Source of the DNA: Candidatus Micrarchaeota archaeon | GTDB taxonomy: Archaea; B1Sed10-29 | NCBI GenBank assembly: GCA_964579265.1 | Contig: CAZOFO010000003.1 | Location: forward strand, 1 to 64,000 | Direction of reading: 5' to 3' | DNA length: 64,000 bases | In this document: piece by piece, positions 47,747-56,225 of the stretch | How positions within the stretch are numbered: position 1 is the first letter of the stretch | How the letters are laid out: each line of letters begins with the position of its first letter | The notes under the pieces: model-generated | What the model saw: only the letters and a program-made list of their open reading frames with translations | The model's database searches: none | Told to the model about the DNA's origin: nothing | Position numbers and translations under genes: made by a program

Positions 47747-48115
47747 TCACTTTATTATCTTCATTTTTTCTTTTGATGGTTTTTTATCTTTCATTTCTTC
47801 TATTGTGAAGGCTTTTGATTTTGTTTTGTTTATTTTTTCATTGGCTTTGTTTGAATATGTTAATGCTGCTATTTCTATTTTTTTATCTTTATTTATTTCT
47901 CCGTATCCAAGTACTTTTCCAGGTATTAATATTATTTCTCCGTCTTCCGCTTCTTTGTCTATTTTTCTTAGGTTTACTTCAGCTCTTTTTCTATTTGGTT
48001 TACCTAGTTCTTTTCCTAGGTCTTTCCAAATTCCTTTTTCTTTTTCCAGAGTTCTTATTAGACTTTTTAGTCTTTTGTTCTGTATTCTGTTTTTCCTTTT
48101 ACTCATTTTAATCAT
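47747..48115 (-). CDS. rpl18e: 50S ribosomal protein eL18
   Basis: RAEVNL.KI, IPGKVLGYG. Confidence 0.94.
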   Translation of the reverse strand: MIKMSKRKNRIQNKRLKSLIRTLEKEKGIWKDLGKELGKPNRKRAEVNLRKIDKEAEDGEIILIPGKVLGYGEINKDKKIEIAALTYSNKANEKINKTKSKAFTIEEMKDKKPSKEKMKIIK

Positions 48116-48133
48116 TTTTTATTGTTGTGGGGA

Positions 48134-48252
48134 TGCGGGGAACGGGATGTTCACCCAAAGAAGCTAATAGCTTCTTCTTGGTTTTGAACCCGTGAAGGCA
48201 CTAAGCCACATGGCCCTCAACCATGCCCTTTTGACCGCTCAGGCATCCCCGC
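48134..48252 (-). tRNA. tRNA-Leu(GAG) with 35-nt T-loop intron (59/60; 48148-48182)
   Basis: Acceptor GCGGGGA/TCCCCGC-A, CATGG-TTGAGGG-CCATG, long variable arm, BHB with TTCA/TGAA helix and AAA and CAT bulges. Confidence 0.94.
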
Positions 48253-48861
48253 TTATTCCTGTTCTTCTATTTTTTCTTGTAGTTCTTCTGCTTTTTCCTT
48301 GAGGATTTTTAATGATTGTTCTAGTAGTTCTTCTGGTTCTTTTTTTACGTATGATTCTACAGTGAATTTGAATTCGTCTTCTGGATCTTCTTCTGATTCT
48401 TTTTCTACATCTGTTTTATAGGTTGCTAGGCAGGGTTTGTGTCTGGCGTGTTCTTTCCCTAATCCGAGTTCTATTGTTCCTTCTAGCTCTATTTCTTGGT
48501 TTTCTTCTAGTTTTATTATTGGTGTTTTTGGGTATATTACTTCTATTTTTGGATCTTCTATTTCCATTTGTTCTGCGTGTACTATCCCTGGGTCCTTTGC
48601 TGTTAGCGTCATCATTGTTGATGGTGATTCTTCGGTTAATTCGTAGTCTTCTGGGGTGGATATTGGTGTCATTCCTATTCTGTGTGCTATGTATTCATCG
48701 AACATTGGTGATGTATTTTCGAAGAAGCTTACTTTCGTGATTGCTAGGGTAGGTATTTCTCTTTGCATTGTTCTCCTTATTGCATTGGCTGTTGGTGGGT
48801 TTGAGTCTTTTAGAGTGAATTCTAGCTTTTCTTCTTTTTTTTCTAGGTCTTCTATTTTCAT
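48253..48861 (-). CDS. rpoD: RNA polymerase subunit Rpo3 (D), short form without Fe-S domain
   Basis: ANAIRR, PTLAI, FDEYIAHRIG, GKEHAR, FTVES. Confidence 0.94.
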   Translation of the reverse strand: MKIEDLEKKEEKLEFTLKDSNPPTANAIRRTMQREIPTLAITKVSFFENTSPMFDEYIAHRIGMTPISTPEDYELTEESPSTMMTLTAKDPGIVHAEQMEIEDPKIEVIYPKTPIIKLEENQEIELEGTIELGLGKEHARHKPCLATYKTDVEKESEEDPEDEFKFTVESYVKKEPEELLEQSLKILKEKAEELQEKIEEQE

Positions 48862-48883
48862 TTTTATCTTCCTCTATCTCGTG

Positions 48884-49270
48884 TTATACTCTTCTTCCTC
48901 TTTTTCCGCCTGGTTTTTTGGTTCCATCGTGTGGGATTGGTGTGACGTCTTCTATTTTTCCTACGTTTAATCTGCTTCTTGATAGTGCTCTTATTGCTGC
49001 CTGTGCTCCTGGTCCTGGCATTTTTGATTTGTGTCCTCCGGGTGCTCTAATTTTTATATGTATTCCTTTTAATCCTTTTTTAGATGCTTCTTTTGCTGCT
49101 CTTTTTGCTGCTTTCATTGCGGTGTGTGGTTCTCCTTTTTTTCTATCTGCTTTTGCTATCATTCCTCCGCTACATTTTGATAGTGTTTCGGAGCCTGTTG
49201 AATCTGTTATTGTTATTATGGTGTTGTTGTTTGATGAATGTACGTGAGCTATTCCCCATTTCTTTTTCAT
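48884..49270 (-). CDS. rps11: 30S ribosomal protein uS11
   Basis: [32 protein letters not shown]. Confidence 0.97.
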   Translation of the reverse strand: MKKKWGIAHVHSSNNNTIITITDSTGSETLSKCSGGMIAKADRKKGEPHTAMKAAKRAAKEASKKGLKGIHIKIRAPGGHKSKMPGPGAQAAIRALSRSRLNVGKIEDVTPIPHDGTKKPGGKRGRRV

Positions 49271-49289
49271 TTTTTACACCTGTTCTATT

Positions 49290-50030
49290 TTAGTCTTCTT
49301 TGTTTATCTGTCTTTTTATCCATTTTTTAAGTGTTTTTCTGTCTTTGTTTTGTTTTTCTGTTTCTAGTAGTTCTTCGTATTGTTTTTTATTGAAGTTTTG
49401 TGATTTTTCTTTTATTTCTGAAATGTTTTTCTTGGATAGTTTTTCGTAGTCTTTTTCTTCTGCTTCTTCTTTTGTTTCTTTTTTCGGTTTTGTTCTTTTT
49501 TGTTTCATTGTTTTTTGTTCTCTGGTTTTCTTTTGTGGTTTTTTACTAGCTTCTGCTTGTTCTATTGGTCTTCTGTACCAGTCTATTGTGTTTTCTTCTT
49601 CTTTTGGGATTATTATTCCTGGTTTTGTGGTTTTTCTGCCGTTGATTTCTATGTGTCCATGAGTTATAAGTTGTCTTGATTGTTTAGGTGTTCTTCCGTA
49701 TCCTTTTCTCCATGCTAGAGTTTGTAGTCTTCTTTCCAGGTAGTCTTTAGTAGTCATTGATAAGACGTCGTCTATTCCTCCGTTTTCTTTTATGAATCCT
49801 TGTCTTCTTAATTTCTTGAGGAAGTTTTCTTTCTTTCTTTTTACTTCTTCTTCTCTCTGTCCGATTATTTGTCTTGCTATTTTTCTATATTTTCTTACTT
49901 GTGATTGAGCTTTCCATACTTCTTTCTTGTTTTTCAATCCGTAGTTCTTTTTTAGTTCTTTTTCTTTTGATAAGTTCTGCCAGTTCCAAGGGTGTCTTGG
50001 TTTTTGGTATTTCTTGCTTTTTTTCCTCAT
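49290..50030 (-). CDS. rps4: 30S ribosomal protein uS4 with Lys-rich linker and extra C-terminal helical domain
   Basis: PRHPW, YGLKNKKE, LERRLQT, RQLITHGHI; ~90-aa extension. Confidence 0.95.
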   Translation of the reverse strand: MRKKSKKYQKPRHPWNWQNLSKEKELKKNYGLKNKKEVWKAQSQVRKYRKIARQIIGQREEEVKRKKENFLKKLRRQGFIKENGGIDDVLSMTTKDYLERRLQTLAWRKGYGRTPKQSRQLITHGHIEINGRKTTKPGIIIPKEEENTIDWYRRPIEQAEASKKPQKKTREQKTMKQKRTKPKKETKEEAEEKDYEKLSKKNISEIKEKSQNFNKKQYEELLETEKQNKDRKTLKKWIKRQINKED

Positions 50031-50041
50031 TTCTGATCACT

Positions 50042-50518
50042 TTATTTTTGAACTTCTCTTTTATCTACTTCTACTCCTAGTTCTAGTCCGCTTCTTCCTG
50101 TTGTTTGTGTTCTCTGTCCTCTTACTCTTAGACCGTGTTTGTGTCTTATTCCTTTGTAGCAATGTATTTCTTTCATGAATTCAATATCTCTTCTTCTTTG
50201 TAGATCTAGGTTTGATCCTGTTAAGTGTTTGTTTTCTCCTGTTTTTCTGTCTTTTCTTCTGTTTAGCAGGTGTTTTGGTATTCCGTATTCGTTTGGTTCT
50301 TCTATGATTTTTTCTACTTTTTCTATTTCTTCTTCAGTTAGGTCTCCTACTTTGGTCTCTAGTTTTCTTTCTTTGTCTGTTTCTTTGATTAGTTCTGTTG
50401 CTATTGATTTGGATAGGTTTCTACCTATTCCTTTTATTTCTTTGAAGGCTGTTCTGATTTCTTTTTCTCCGTTTATGTCTTTTCCTGCTATACGGATTAT
50501 TTTCTTTGTGTCTGGCAT
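50042..50518 (-). CDS. rps13: 30S ribosomal protein uS13
   Basis: IKGIG, NRRKD..TG, YKGIRH..GLRVRGQRT. Confidence 0.97.
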   Translation of the reverse strand: MPDTKKIIRIAGKDINGEKEIRTAFKEIKGIGRNLSKSIATELIKETDKERKLETKVGDLTEEEIEKVEKIIEEPNEYGIPKHLLNRRKDRKTGENKHLTGSNLDLQRRRDIEFMKEIHCYKGIRHKHGLRVRGQRTQTTGRSGLELGVEVDKREVQK

Positions 50519-50597
50519 TTAGTACACCTTATTAGTGTTTATCTTATCTTTTGATAAGGATAAGATTTTACTCATCCTTTTTTGGTTTTCTTTTGCT

Positions 50598-50631
50598 ATG
50601 GGTCAAAGCCGTTTCTTTTTTGGCTCGCCAT
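50598..50631 (-). promoter_or_regulatory. Putative kink-turn in the 5' leader of the S13-S4-S11-rpoD operon
   Basis: mRNA sense ATGG-C-GA-GCC ... GGC-TTT-GA-C-CCAT. Confidence 0.6.
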
Positions 50632-50680
50632 CTGAAGTGAGAGTTAGTATTGGTTTTTGATGTAGTATTATTTTTTTACT

Positions 50681-50693
50681 CCTGCTTTATAAA
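50681..50693 (-). promoter_or_regulatory. Putative TATA-box promoter of the uS13 operon
   Basis: TTTATAAAGCAGG preceded by purine-rich BRE-like GAAAG. Confidence 0.55.
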
Positions 50694-50728
50694 GGCTTTC
50701 TAATTATCTTTCTTTTTTGTTTTTTCTA

Positions 50729-50810
50729 CGCTGGGAAGGGGATTCGAACCCCTGTGGCCGTGAGGCCACCAGCTTTCCAGGCTGGCGCATTACCGCTCTG
50801 CCATCCCAGC
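50729..50810 (-). tRNA. tRNA-Ser(GGA)
   Basis: Acceptor GCTGGGA/TCCCAGC-G, CCAGC-CTGGAAA-GCTGG, long variable arm, AGGGG-TTCGAAT-CCCCT. Confidence 0.97.
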
Positions 50811-50882
50811 TTTTTCCATATTATATCTTATTATTGGTTTGATTAATTTTTTAGATAATTTCTCCTTTGACATTGTTCTTTT

Positions 50883-51728
50883 TTACTTTTTTGGCTCTAT
50901 TAGTACTTTTTTGGTTTTTACTATCTTTCCTTTTTCTTTTTTTTCTGTTCTATTTATTTTTTTTAAGGATTTTCCTATTGCCACTGATTTTCCGTTTTGT
51001 GTTAATAGTACTTGTTTTTCTTTACCTATTTTTCCTTTGATTTTTTTTATTCCTGGTGATTTTAGGTCTTCTCCGTGGCTTATTGATTTTAAAGCTGTTT
51101 TTTTTATCTCTATTTCTGGCATTTCGTTTAGAGCATTTTTTAAATTTATTAATGCTTTTTCTAGTTTTCTTTCTTCAATTAGTTTTTTTATTTCTTCCAA
51201 TTTAAAAGCGTCTTTCTCTTTCCATTTTCCTATTTCGGTTCTTCTGAGTTCTTCAAGATTGGTTTCTGTCTTTATTTCTTTGCTCAGGTCTTTTACTAGT
51301 GTTCTGATGTAGGTTCCGTGCTGGCATTTAACGCTGAAGGTATGTGTGTTATTTTTTTTGTTTAGGTGTTTTATTGAATATATCTTTCTTTTTCTTTTTT
51401 CTCTTTTTACTGCGGATTTTTCAGGGGGTATTTGTTCTATTTTGCCTTGAAATTTTTTCAAGGCTTTTTTCATTTTTTCTTTTTTCACTTCTTTGTTTGT
51501 TTTTATTTCTACTAGGTATTTTTTGTCTTTTCTTTGTATGTATTCCTGTATCTTTACTGCTTTTCCTATTGTTATTGGAAGTAAGCCTGTAGCGTAGGGG
51601 TCTAGAGATCCGCAGTGACCTGTTTTTGTTTTTAATAATTTGGATATTTTTTCGGTTATTTCTGGACTGGTTTTCTCTTTTGGTTTGTCTATTAGAATTA
51701 TTCCTTTTCTTTTTCTGGTTTTATTCAT
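50883..51728 (-). CDS. cbf5: RNA-guided pseudouridine synthase Cbf5 (TruB family)
   Basis: IDKP, GHCGSLDP, QIPPEKSAVKR, GTYIRTL, ELRRT, PUA domain. Confidence 0.93.
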   Translation of the reverse strand: MNKTRKRKGIILIDKPKEKTSPEITEKISKLLKTKTGHCGSLDPYATGLLPITIGKAVKIQEYIQRKDKKYLVEIKTNKEVKKEKMKKALKKFQGKIEQIPPEKSAVKREKRKRKIYSIKHLNKKNNTHTFSVKCQHGTYIRTLVKDLSKEIKTETNLEELRRTEIGKWKEKDAFKLEEIKKLIEERKLEKALINLKNALNEMPEIEIKKTALKSISHGEDLKSPGIKKIKGKIGKEKQVLLTQNGKSVAIGKSLKKINRTEKKEKGKIVKTKKVLIEPKK

Positions 51729-52338
51729 CTTTAATCTTTTCTATTTCTTTTTTTATTTTTTCTACGGCTTCACTTGGTTTTTTGTTAGTTGTATCTACTA
51801 TTAAATCGTATTTTTCTCTGTCTTCTAGGTAATTAAATCCGTATATGTCTTTCCAGTGTTTCTTTTCTTTTTCTTGTCTTTTCTTTATTTTCTTTATTTG
51901 TTTTTCTATTTCTTTTCTCGTTAGTTCTTTTGTTTCTCTTTCTTTTTCTCCTTTGTCTACTTTTTTTGCGTATTTTTCTCTACCTATTTTTTTCCTCATG
52001 GCTATTCTTTTAGCTCTTTCTTCTAAATTGGCGGTTAGAAGTATTTTTAGTTTAGCGTTTGGTAGGTGGTGTGCGCTTAGTTTCCCGTTTACTATTACAT
52101 TTTTCTTTTTTTCTACTTTTTCTTTTTGTTTTTCATCTAGTTTTCTGTGAAATTCTTTTAGTTTTTCAGGTGTTTTTTCATGTTTTTCCCATAATTGATC
52201 TGGATCTAGGTTTTTTTCTTTTGCTAGTTTTTTGTATATTTCTCCTACTTTTATTACTTCGTATCCTAGTTTTTTGCTTAGCATATCTGCTGTGGTTGTG
52301 TCTCCTGCTCCTGGAGCTCCAGAAATAGTTATGATCAT
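51721..52338 (-). CDS. cmk: Cytidylate kinase (archaeal type)
   Basis: IITISGAPGAGDTT, ERAKRI, YDLIVDT; conserved position. Confidence 0.88.
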   Translation of the reverse strand: MIITISGAPGAGDTTTADMLSKKLGYEVIKVGEIYKKLAKEKNLDPDQLWEKHEKTPEKLKEFHRKLDEKQKEKVEKKKNVIVNGKLSAHHLPNAKLKILLTANLEERAKRIAMRKKIGREKYAKKVDKGEKERETKELTRKEIEKQIKKIKKRQEKEKKHWKDIYGFNYLEDREKYDLIVDTTNKKPSEAVEKIKKEIEKIKDE

Positions 52339-52349
52339 TTTTCTCAGGT

Positions 52350-52766
52350 TTATTCTTCTTTATTTTTCTTTCTATATGTTTTGTATATTCCTTCTAGGGT
52401 GAGGCTGACTATTATTGAGATTAGTATGTACCACCATAGCCAGGTTAGTCCGATGTTGAGTATTGGGAGTTCTGCTACGACTCCTGCTCCTTCGTATCTT
52501 CCTCTGAGCCAGATTATAACTGCGAATATTGGTATCATTGTGTAGAGCATTGGTTTGAAGTTTTGTTTCATCATTTTTTTGGATAGGGAGAGCATTTCTT
52601 TCTGTGTTCCTTTGTCTTCTGGATTTTCTTTTGATTGTTTTTTGAGTTCATCCATTCTTTCTTTTATTTCATCTACTTTTTCCTGGTCTCTGACTAGTTT
52701 CTGGATTATTGTTGACATTGAGGATACGATTACGGCTACTATAGCTATTGTTATTTGTGGTTCCAT
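52350..52766 (-). CDS. DUF106 EMC3/TMCO1/Oxa1-superfamily membrane insertase
   Basis: TM-coiled coil-FKPMLYTMIP ... WLWWYIL; conserved position after adk. Confidence 0.9.
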   Translation of the reverse strand: MEPQITIAIVAVIVSSMSTIIQKLVRDQEKVDEIKERMDELKKQSKENPEDKGTQKEMLSLSKKMMKQNFKPMLYTMIPIFAVIIWLRGRYEGAGVVAELPILNIGLTWLWWYILISIIVSLTLEGIYKTYRKKNKEE

Positions 52767-52767
52767 T

Positions 52768-53319
52768 TTATCCGTTTTTTATAGTTTTTTCAAGTTCTTT
52801 TGCTGCTTTTTCTACTTGGTTTTCTCTGTTTTTTATTATTTTTATTAGTGCGCCTGTTAGTGTGGATACTGTTGCTGCGTAGTATCTGTTCATTTTTTGA
52901 TGTTGTTTTGGGGGTAGTGTGAAGTCACTTCTTTTTCTTGTTTTATCTTTTTTTCTTCTCTTCTTTATCTTTTTTGGTTCTGCTTCTATTAGTATTATTC
53001 GGTTTAGATTTATCTTTTCAGCTGCCCATTTTGGCATTCCTGGTATTATTCCTTTTGGTGTTTCTATGGATAGATGTGTGTCTATTAATAGGTTTTCTTT
53101 CTTTTCTATTTTTTCTGCTGTTTTTTTCTGCAGTTCTTTTGTCTTTTCAGGGGATAGTTTTCTTAATTGGTCTCTGTGTTTTACTATGTTTTGTTTTTTT
53201 GCTGTTTTTAGCATTTCTGTACCGAAGTTGGTTATTTCGTATCCTTCTAGTTGTTCTGCTGCTTTTTCTAGGACTGTGGTTTTTCCCACTCCTGGTATTC
53301 CTATTATTATAGCTTTCAT
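52768..53319 (-). CDS. adkA: Adenylate kinase (archaeal type)
   Basis: GIPGVGKTT, NFG, RDQLRKL, IDTH, PGMP. Confidence 0.95.
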   Translation of the reverse strand: MKAIIIGIPGVGKTTVLEKAAEQLEGYEITNFGTEMLKTAKKQNIVKHRDQLRKLSPEKTKELQKKTAEKIEKKENLLIDTHLSIETPKGIIPGMPKWAAEKINLNRIILIEAEPKKIKKRRKKDKTRKRSDFTLPPKQHQKMNRYYAATVSTLTGALIKIIKNRENQVEKAAKELEKTIKNG

Positions 53320-53390
53320 TTTATCTTTCCTGTTTGTTTTTTAGGGGGGTCTGTCCTTGGGTGAGCCGTTGTCTTGTTTTTTGATTTCTT

Positions 53391-54773
53391 TTAGGTCGGT
53401 AATTGACCTGGATCTATTCCTGGGATGTCTCTGAATGCTTCTTCGCTTGCTAGTGATTCGTACATTTGGTAGAGTATTCCTACTAGTAGTAGTATTCCCA
53501 TTCCTGTTCCTACTGCTCCGGTTAGGTCTGCTATTACTGCTAGTAGTGCTACTGCTGCTGCTGATATTACTATTAGTGGCGGTATGTACCGGTCCAGTAC
53601 CCGTTTTATTACTCTTTTGTCTCTTCTGAAGCCGGGGACATGTAATCCTATTCCTTTTAACTGGTCTGCTACGTCTTCGCTTGTCATGTTGCTCATTTTT
53701 GCCCAGAATTTTCCGAATAGTATGGCTCCTAGCACCATTCCTGTAGAGTATATTATTATCTGCATTATCACTCTTGGATTTTGTACGGTTGCTCTTACGT
53801 CTGCTGGTGTTCCTAGGGCGCCGTGTGGTGCTTGTAGGTAGTACGCTACTCCTGATACGGGTTCATTATCTTGGAATTCTCCTAGTACAGGTGTGCCCAT
53901 TCTGTCCAGGGCTACTCCCCATAGTTGTATGTTTGCGAATAGTGCTGCTACGAATATTACTGGGATTACTGATAGGTACATGAATTTTAATGGGTATTTG
54001 GTTCCTCTTCCTCTCATTCTGCTTGAAGTGAGAGGTATCTCTACTTTCATGGTCTGTACATAGACAGCTATTAAGAATATTATGGCTGTGAAGATTAGTG
54101 GGAAGAGTGCTTCGGTTGGTATGTTTCCTATTACGGTTCCTCTCATTATTTGTGGTATTAGTCCTATGAATTCATCGGTTCCTGGGATTGTTGCCCAGCT
54201 TAGGCTTCTCCACATTATTGTGGATGATACTCCGGCTACAATGAATAGTCCTACTCCTGATCCTATTCCGTATTTGGATACTACTTCGTCTAGGAATATT
54301 ATTATGATTCCTCCTGCTGCTAGTTGGAGTACTAGTGCTCCTGATCCTAGTGCTCCTCCTGTTGCTGGTATGAATCCGCTTATTACGTATACTCCTGCTT
54401 CGAAGAAACAGAATGCTATTGCTAGTAATTTTTGAGTTCCTTGGAAAACTGATTTTTGCGCTGGATCACTCATGTCCATTTGTATGATGTCTGCTCCTAC
54501 TAGAAGTTGTAATATAATTGATGCCATTACGATTGGTCCGATTCCTAGAGATGCTAGTGTTCCTAATTCAGATGCTGTTATCAGTTGTATGCTTTCTAGG
54601 AATTCTCCTTGTTCTCCTATTGCTGATCCTACTGGTCTTACTACGGCAAGTGTTAGGAATATTACTAGTGCTAGTCCTGTCCAGATTAATCTTTTCTTTA
54701 GTTTTGGAGTTACGTCTGGTTCTTTTACTTCTGGTAGAATTTCTATTAATGGTTGTAGTGATTGTAGGTTCAC
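53391..54773 (-). CDS. secY: Preprotein translocase SecY
   Basis: LGIGPIVMASIILQLL, YGIGSGVGLFI, YPLKFMY, PGFRRD, GTGMGILL. Confidence 0.98.
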   Translation of the reverse strand: MNLQSLQPLIEILPEVKEPDVTPKLKKRLIWTGLALVIFLTLAVVRPVGSAIGEQGEFLESIQLITASELGTLASLGIGPIVMASIILQLLVGADIIQMDMSDPAQKSVFQGTQKLLAIAFCFFEAGVYVISGFIPATGGALGSGALVLQLAAGGIIIIFLDEVVSKYGIGSGVGLFIVAGVSSTIMWRSLSWATIPGTDEFIGLIPQIMRGTVIGNIPTEALFPLIFTAIIFLIAVYVQTMKVEIPLTSSRMRGRGTKYPLKFMYLSVIPVIFVAALFANIQLWGVALDRMGTPVLGEFQDNEPVSGVAYYLQAPHGALGTPADVRATVQNPRVIMQIIIYSTGMVLGAILFGKFWAKMSNMTSEDVADQLKGIGLHVPGFRRDKRVIKRVLDRYIPPLIVISAAAVALLAVIADLTGAVGTGMGILLLVGILYQMYESLASEEAFRDIPGIDPGQLPT

Positions 54774-54794
54774 TTATCCACCTTCTTTTTTGCT

Positions 54795-55193
54795 TCAGGT
54801 TTTATTGTTTTCTTTGATTTTGATTGCTTCTCCACCTTTTTCTTCTATTTTCTCTTTTGCTGAGTTGGAGAAGCTTTGAGCTTTTATTTTTACTGGTTTT
54901 TCGAGGTTTCCAGAACCTAGTACTTTTTCGTAACCGTGTTCTTGTAGATTTATTTCTTCAGTGTCTTCAGTTATGTATTTGTTTATGTCTCTTAGGTTTA
55001 TTCCTGTTTGATCTGGTTTATGGCTTTTAAATCCTTTTTTTTCTGGTATTCCTTTTTTGACTAGGTGCATATAGTTTTTTCCGCCTTTTCTAGAGGCTGT
55101 TCCTTTTTTACTTCCTTTTCCTCTTCCGTGTTTTGTGTTACCTCTTCCATGGGTTCTGCTTCCTCTGTGTTTCTTTTTTTTCTTTTTAGCCAT
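54795..55193 (-). CDS. rpl15: 50S ribosomal protein uL15
   Basis: RGSRTHGRG, KVLGSG, AKEKIEEKGG. Confidence 0.95.
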   Translation of the reverse strand: MAKKKKKKHRGSRTHGRGNTKHGRGKGSKKGTASRKGGKNYMHLVKKGIPEKKGFKSHKPDQTGINLRDINKYITEDTEEINLQEHGYEKVLGSGNLEKPVKIKAQSFSNSAKEKIEEKGGEAIKIKENNKT

Positions 55194-55204
55194 TTTTAGC
55201 ACCT

Positions 55205-55588
55205 TTATATCATTTTTTCTATTAATTTGTTAATTTCTTCTCCTCTGTACCCTAGTTCTCCTTTTTTGTTGTAGGGTTTTTTCTTTGATCCTTTGAATCC
55301 TCCTTTTGGGGGGTGTAGTTTGAATGTTTTTTCCATTCCTTCTTCTTTTATCTCTTCTATGTCTTTATTTTCTTCATTTCCTTTTTTTTCTAATAGTTTT
55401 TTCAGAGTTTTTTCGTTTATTTCTCCCCAGGTTATGTATCCTTCTGCTTTTCTGAGCATTCCTTTGTAGTTTTTATTGTCTGGGAGTATTCTGCAATTGT
55501 AAACATTTTTCATCTTGAGCATTTCAAGAGTATCTTTTATTTTTTCCGGTGTTTTTACTTCTCCTCTTAGTCTTATTGCTGCTATCAT
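55205..55588 (-). CDS. rpl30: 50S ribosomal protein uL30
   Basis: IRLRG, YITWGE, FKLHPPKGG, GELGYRG. Confidence 0.95.
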   Translation of the reverse strand: MIAAIRLRGEVKTPEKIKDTLEMLKMKNVYNCRILPDNKNYKGMLRKAEGYITWGEINEKTLKKLLEKKGNEENKDIEEIKEEGMEKTFKLHPPKGGFKGSKKKPYNKKGELGYRGEEINKLIEKMI

Positions 55589-55602
55589 TTTTCTTCACCT
55601 TT

Positions 55603-56208
55603 TTATTTGTCCCTATGTCTTTTTTGTCTTGTTTTTTGAAGGGCTTTTAATGTTGCTTTTCCGTAGTTTTTGTTTGTTCTTGTTGTTCCTTTTGTTTTTG
55701 TCCATACGTCTTTTATTCCTGCTAGTTTTAGTATCTTTTTGGCTGTTTCTCCTGCTACTATCCCTGTTCCTTTTGGTGCTGGTTTTATCTCAATTTCTAC
55801 TGATCCTTCTTTTCCTTTTATTGTCATTGGTATTGAATGTGTTTCTTTGCATCCGCATTCCCAGGATCCACATCCTCTTTTTATTGATTTCATGTTTTTC
55901 TTTGCGTTTTGCACTGCTTTTTCTATTGTCGGTCCAAATTCTTTTCCTTTTTCTTCTCCTATTCCTATATGTCCGTTTTTATCTCCTACTGCTACTGTTA
56001 CGTTTAATGATAGTCTTCTTCCTGAGTCTGTGATTCTGCATACTCTCATTACATCTATTGTTTCTTCTTCTAGACCTGTTAGTATTTCTTCAGTAATTTG
56101 ATATTCCATTATTGGCTTTCCTTCTTTGTAGATTTGTTCGAAGTTTTTTATTTCGCCTTTTTTGACTTTTTTTCCAAGTTCTGTTCTCGGTTTCCATTCT
56201 CCAGTCAT
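55603..56208 (-). CDS. rps5: 30S ribosomal protein uS5
   Basis: WKPRTELG, RGCGSWEC, PAPKGTG, LAGIKDVWT. Confidence 0.97.
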   Translation of the reverse strand: MTGEWKPRTELGKKVKKGEIKNFEQIYKEGKPIMEYQITEEILTGLEEETIDVMRVCRITDSGRRLSLNVTVAVGDKNGHIGIGEEKGKEFGPTIEKAVQNAKKNMKSIKRGCGSWECGCKETHSIPMTIKGKEGSVEIEIKPAPKGTGIVAGETAKKILKLAGIKDVWTKTKGTTRTNKNYGKATLKALQKTRQKRHRDK

Positions 56209-56225
56209 TTTATCTTTCCTCCTGT

